DNA of 20,000 nt from Rhizaria sp. SCN 62-66. Lineage: Eukaryota. The stretch is from NCBI GenBank assembly GCA_001724265.1, contig MEDY01000021.1, positions 115,361 to 135,360 of the forward strand. Reading direction: 5' to 3'. This document shows, in pieces, positions 18,362-20,000 of the stretch. Below the pieces are notes generated by a model, which was not told the DNA's origin, ran no database searches, and saw only the letters and a program-made list of their open reading frames with translations. Made by a program: the position numbers and the translations under genes. How positions within the stretch are numbered: position 1 is the stretch's first letter; every line of letters starts with the position of its first letter.

Positions 18362-19009
18362 TTACGCCTTGCGGGCAGCAGCCTCCTCAGCAGCAATCTG
18401 GGCCGCCGCCGCCGTCGCAGCCGCACGAGCCTCAGCCTCGGCAGCCTCGCGCCTAGCGTTGAGCTCCGCAGTGATCTGCTCGAGCGCGGCGAAGCTCTTG
18501 GCGACCGCGGCCTCCTCCGCAGACACGTCCTGGCCCGCCTTGCGCTTGGCGTTGAGCGTGGCCTCGGCACGGACGAACGCGGCGTACGCATCGTCCTCGA
18601 CACGGACAACCTTGGGGGAAACGATGAGGTGCTGCACGGCTGAGTTGCGGTGCTGGTAGTTAAGCTGGAAAGGCTTCTGCAGACGCGGGTAGTGCTCGGT
18701 GCCGTGCAGGGCGTCGATGCGGCGGTCCACGGTTTCGAGGCAGTCCGTCCACAGCTTGATGAGCTGGCGGGACTTCTTGCGGTCGCTGTCCTTGGTGCGG
18801 AGCGCGCGGATGTGCGAACGGGTCTTGTTCAGGCGCTGCTTGTAACGCTCCTTCATCTGGAGAAGCTTCTCCTCGTTCGTCGTCGAGCTCAGCCACGCGG
18901 GGACGGACATGAGCGAGGCCTGGGTGGGGTACGCCAGACGGGCGACCGCGGCGGCGCCAGAGGCGGACGCGATCGAAGGCAGCGCCAACGCAACGCGAGA
19001 GCTCAGCAT
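18362..19009 (-). CDS. Probable mitochondrion-targeted basic protein (215 aa, possibly 226 aa with an upstream exon); weak resemblance to ribosomal protein uS15m
   Basis: High-GC3 ORF. The first ~45 residues lack acidic residues and are rich in A/S/L/R (presequence-like). The K/R-rich core ...SHIRALRTKDSDRKKSRQLIKL...HYPRLQKPFQLNY loosely follows the uS15 pattern H...KD..SR..L..L...Y..L...L. The CDS is secure; the uS15 identity is only about 0.3. Confidence 0.8.
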   Translation of the reverse strand: MLSSRVALALPSIASASGAAAVARLAYPTQASLMSVPAWLSSTTNEEKLLQMKERYKQRLNKTRSHIRALRTKDSDRKKSRQLIKLWTDCLETVDRRIDALHGTEHYPRLQKPFQLNYQHRNSAVQHLIVSPKVVRVEDDAYAAFVRAEATLNAKRKAGQDVSAEEAAVAKSFAALEQITAELNARREAAEAEARAAATAAAAQIAAEEAAARKA

Positions 19010-19012
19010 TCC

Positions 19013-19170
19013 CTATACAAAGTGGACACAAAGGAATTGGAGGTAAATTATAGTATGAGAGTGGTCTTAGAGCAGTATGGCCAGCTGGAAGAGCATGGCA
19101 GGGTGCATGAAGGCAAAGCGAGAGGAGCTCAGTGACCGAGAGGCGTTCGGCCGGGTCGGGGCCCATGCGC
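19013..19170 (-). other. Candidate 158-nt GC-AG intron joining a 30-nt first exon (19200-19171, MLPQILLRPR) to the mitochondrial-protein ORF
   Basis: A pyrimidine-rich tract ends TTTGTATAG|GGA ATG. The donor AGG|GCGCAT gives an in-frame MLPQILLRPR-G-MLSSRVAL presequence. The acceptor is convincing; the donor is uncertain. Confidence 0.45.
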
Positions 19171-19200
19171 CCTGGGTCGCAGAAGAATTTGTGGCAGCAT

Positions 19201-19525
19201 AGAATTTAACCCTGATTAATAACACGACAAAAGCAGTCCCTGAAATGTTATAAATTCTTTGCGCTTCGGACGCAGACGGCGCTAGAGATCAACGAAGATC
19301 GCCCTCTCGCTGCGGCTTGACTTCCGTGCGACAGCGGTCGGTCGGCCGGCCGAGCTTTGTCTCGCGAGCCCACAGTGCAGTTCGAAGCACGCACCCAAAA
19401 ACAGTTCTCTAGCTCGTTGGAGTATCGATTTAATAGCGCTTCGTGCATTGTTTAGAGGTCTCTGTGGGTGCATCTATCTATTCGTACTATTATTTCCTTC
19501 AAAAATGCCGTGTAGGCTGCTCTAG
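19201..19525. promoter_or_regulatory. Probable bidirectional promoter region between the mitochondrial-protein gene and CCT8
   Basis: Head-to-head genes about 750 nt apart (ORF ATG to ATG). A GC-rich core (~19260-19395) is flanked by AT-rich blocks. Inferred from gene geometry only. Confidence 0.5.
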
Positions 19526-19749
19526 GTGCAATTTTAAATCGTCACAAATCCGTTGCTTTTTCGAACGGTTCTCGATGCGAGCGCTGTCATTCCTGTCCCA
19601 TCTCACACTCTCCTATGATTCCTACCTTATTTGTCTCATTCCCACTGCCATTCATTTCTTATTCCGCACGCTACGATTGCGCCCGCCTCGTATCTCGCCT
19701 CCTACAAACCCTCTTGACTTGTTGCTCCACACGCGCCTGCGACTCACAG
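19526..19749 (+). other. Candidate 5'-UTR intron (or trans-splicing outron) of CCT8
   Basis: TAG|GTGCAA donor-like site at 19526. No AG from 19582 to 19747 in a strongly C/T-rich tract, then CACAG (19749) and CTGCAG (19758) just before the ATG. Confidence 0.45.
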
Positions 19750-19760
19750 CCGCTGCAGTC

Positions 19761-20000
19761 ATGAGTATGCGGAATATGCGCCGCGGCGTGCCCAGCCTGT
19801 TTAAGCAGGGCACGTCCCACCTCTCCGGCATCGACGAGGCCGTGCTGCGCAATCTCGCTGCGTGCAAGGACCTCGAGGAGCTGCTCCGCACATCGTTCGG
19901 CCCCCAGGGCATGAACAAGATGATTATCAACCACCTGGGCAAGATGTTCGTCACGTCCGACACTGCGACGATCTTGTCTGAGCTAGAGATCCAGCACGCC
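19761..20000 (+). CDS. CCT8: T-complex protein 1 subunit theta (CCT8), N-terminal 80 aa, 3'-partial
   Basis: Translation MSMRNMRRGVPSLFKQGTSHLSGIDEAVLRNLAACKDLEELLRTSFGPQGMNKMIINHLGKMFVTSDTATILSELEIQHA carries the theta-specific motifs SGxxEAVxRNxxACK and GPxGMNKMxINHL. It is absent from the ORF track because it has no stop in the window. Confidence 0.96.
   Translation, partial: MSMRNMRRGVPSLFKQGTSHLSGIDEAVLRNLAACKDLEELLRTSFGPQGMNKMIINHLGKMFVTSDTATILSELEIQHA

Noticed and set aside
18180-18366. GC|GTAAGC donor overlapping the stop of the mitochondrial-protein gene
   Set aside because: No convincing downstream coding exon; the ORF ends plausibly at TAA. It cannot be excluded without RNA data.
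19095-19230. TPP riboswitch in the structured intron
   Set aside because: The conserved CUGAGA and ACCUGAU...UAAU...GCGNAGGGA core is not present in order on either strand.
19120-19400. tRNA/Pol III-like words (AGCTCAGTG, GTTCG, GTTCGAAGC) and a CTTCGG tetraloop
   Set aside because: No cloverleaf can be built, and A/B box spacing and T-stem pairing fail.
19555-19580. Heat-shock-element-like TTCGAA/GAAnnnTTC upstream of CCT8
   Set aside because: Spacing does not give three contiguous alternating nGAAn units.
1-20000. CRISPR arrays, transposases, rRNA, prokaryotic operons, alternative genetic code
   Set aside because: No repeat-spacer arrays or such motifs were seen; genes end in TAA or TGA and show no in-frame stops.

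Overview
GC-rich eukaryotic (probably protist) genomic DNA read with the standard code, gene-dense and intron-poor. Five genes are supportable. (1) A 5'-truncated >2600-aa coiled-coil protein with a 154-aa internal super-repeat and a C-terminal PDZ domain (+). (2) An MGCxxS N-acylated ankyrin-like protein whose true start lies in a 57-nt exon missed by the ORF track (-). (3) A greatly expanded UBXN11/socius-like p97 cofactor with coiled coil, SEP, SHP and UBX elements (-). (4) A small mitochondrion-targeted basic protein, possibly a divergent uS15m (-). (5) The start of CCT8/TCP-1 theta, missed by the ORF track (+, 3'-truncated). The most unusual signal is in the introns. Candidate introns occur only at gene ends, and in two of them the 5' splice site is one arm of a 13-14-position inverted repeat with a 2-nt bulge. 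In one the partner arm is the branch point itself; in the other the donor is a GC variant. All domain and family calls come from motif recognition by eye, not from database searches.
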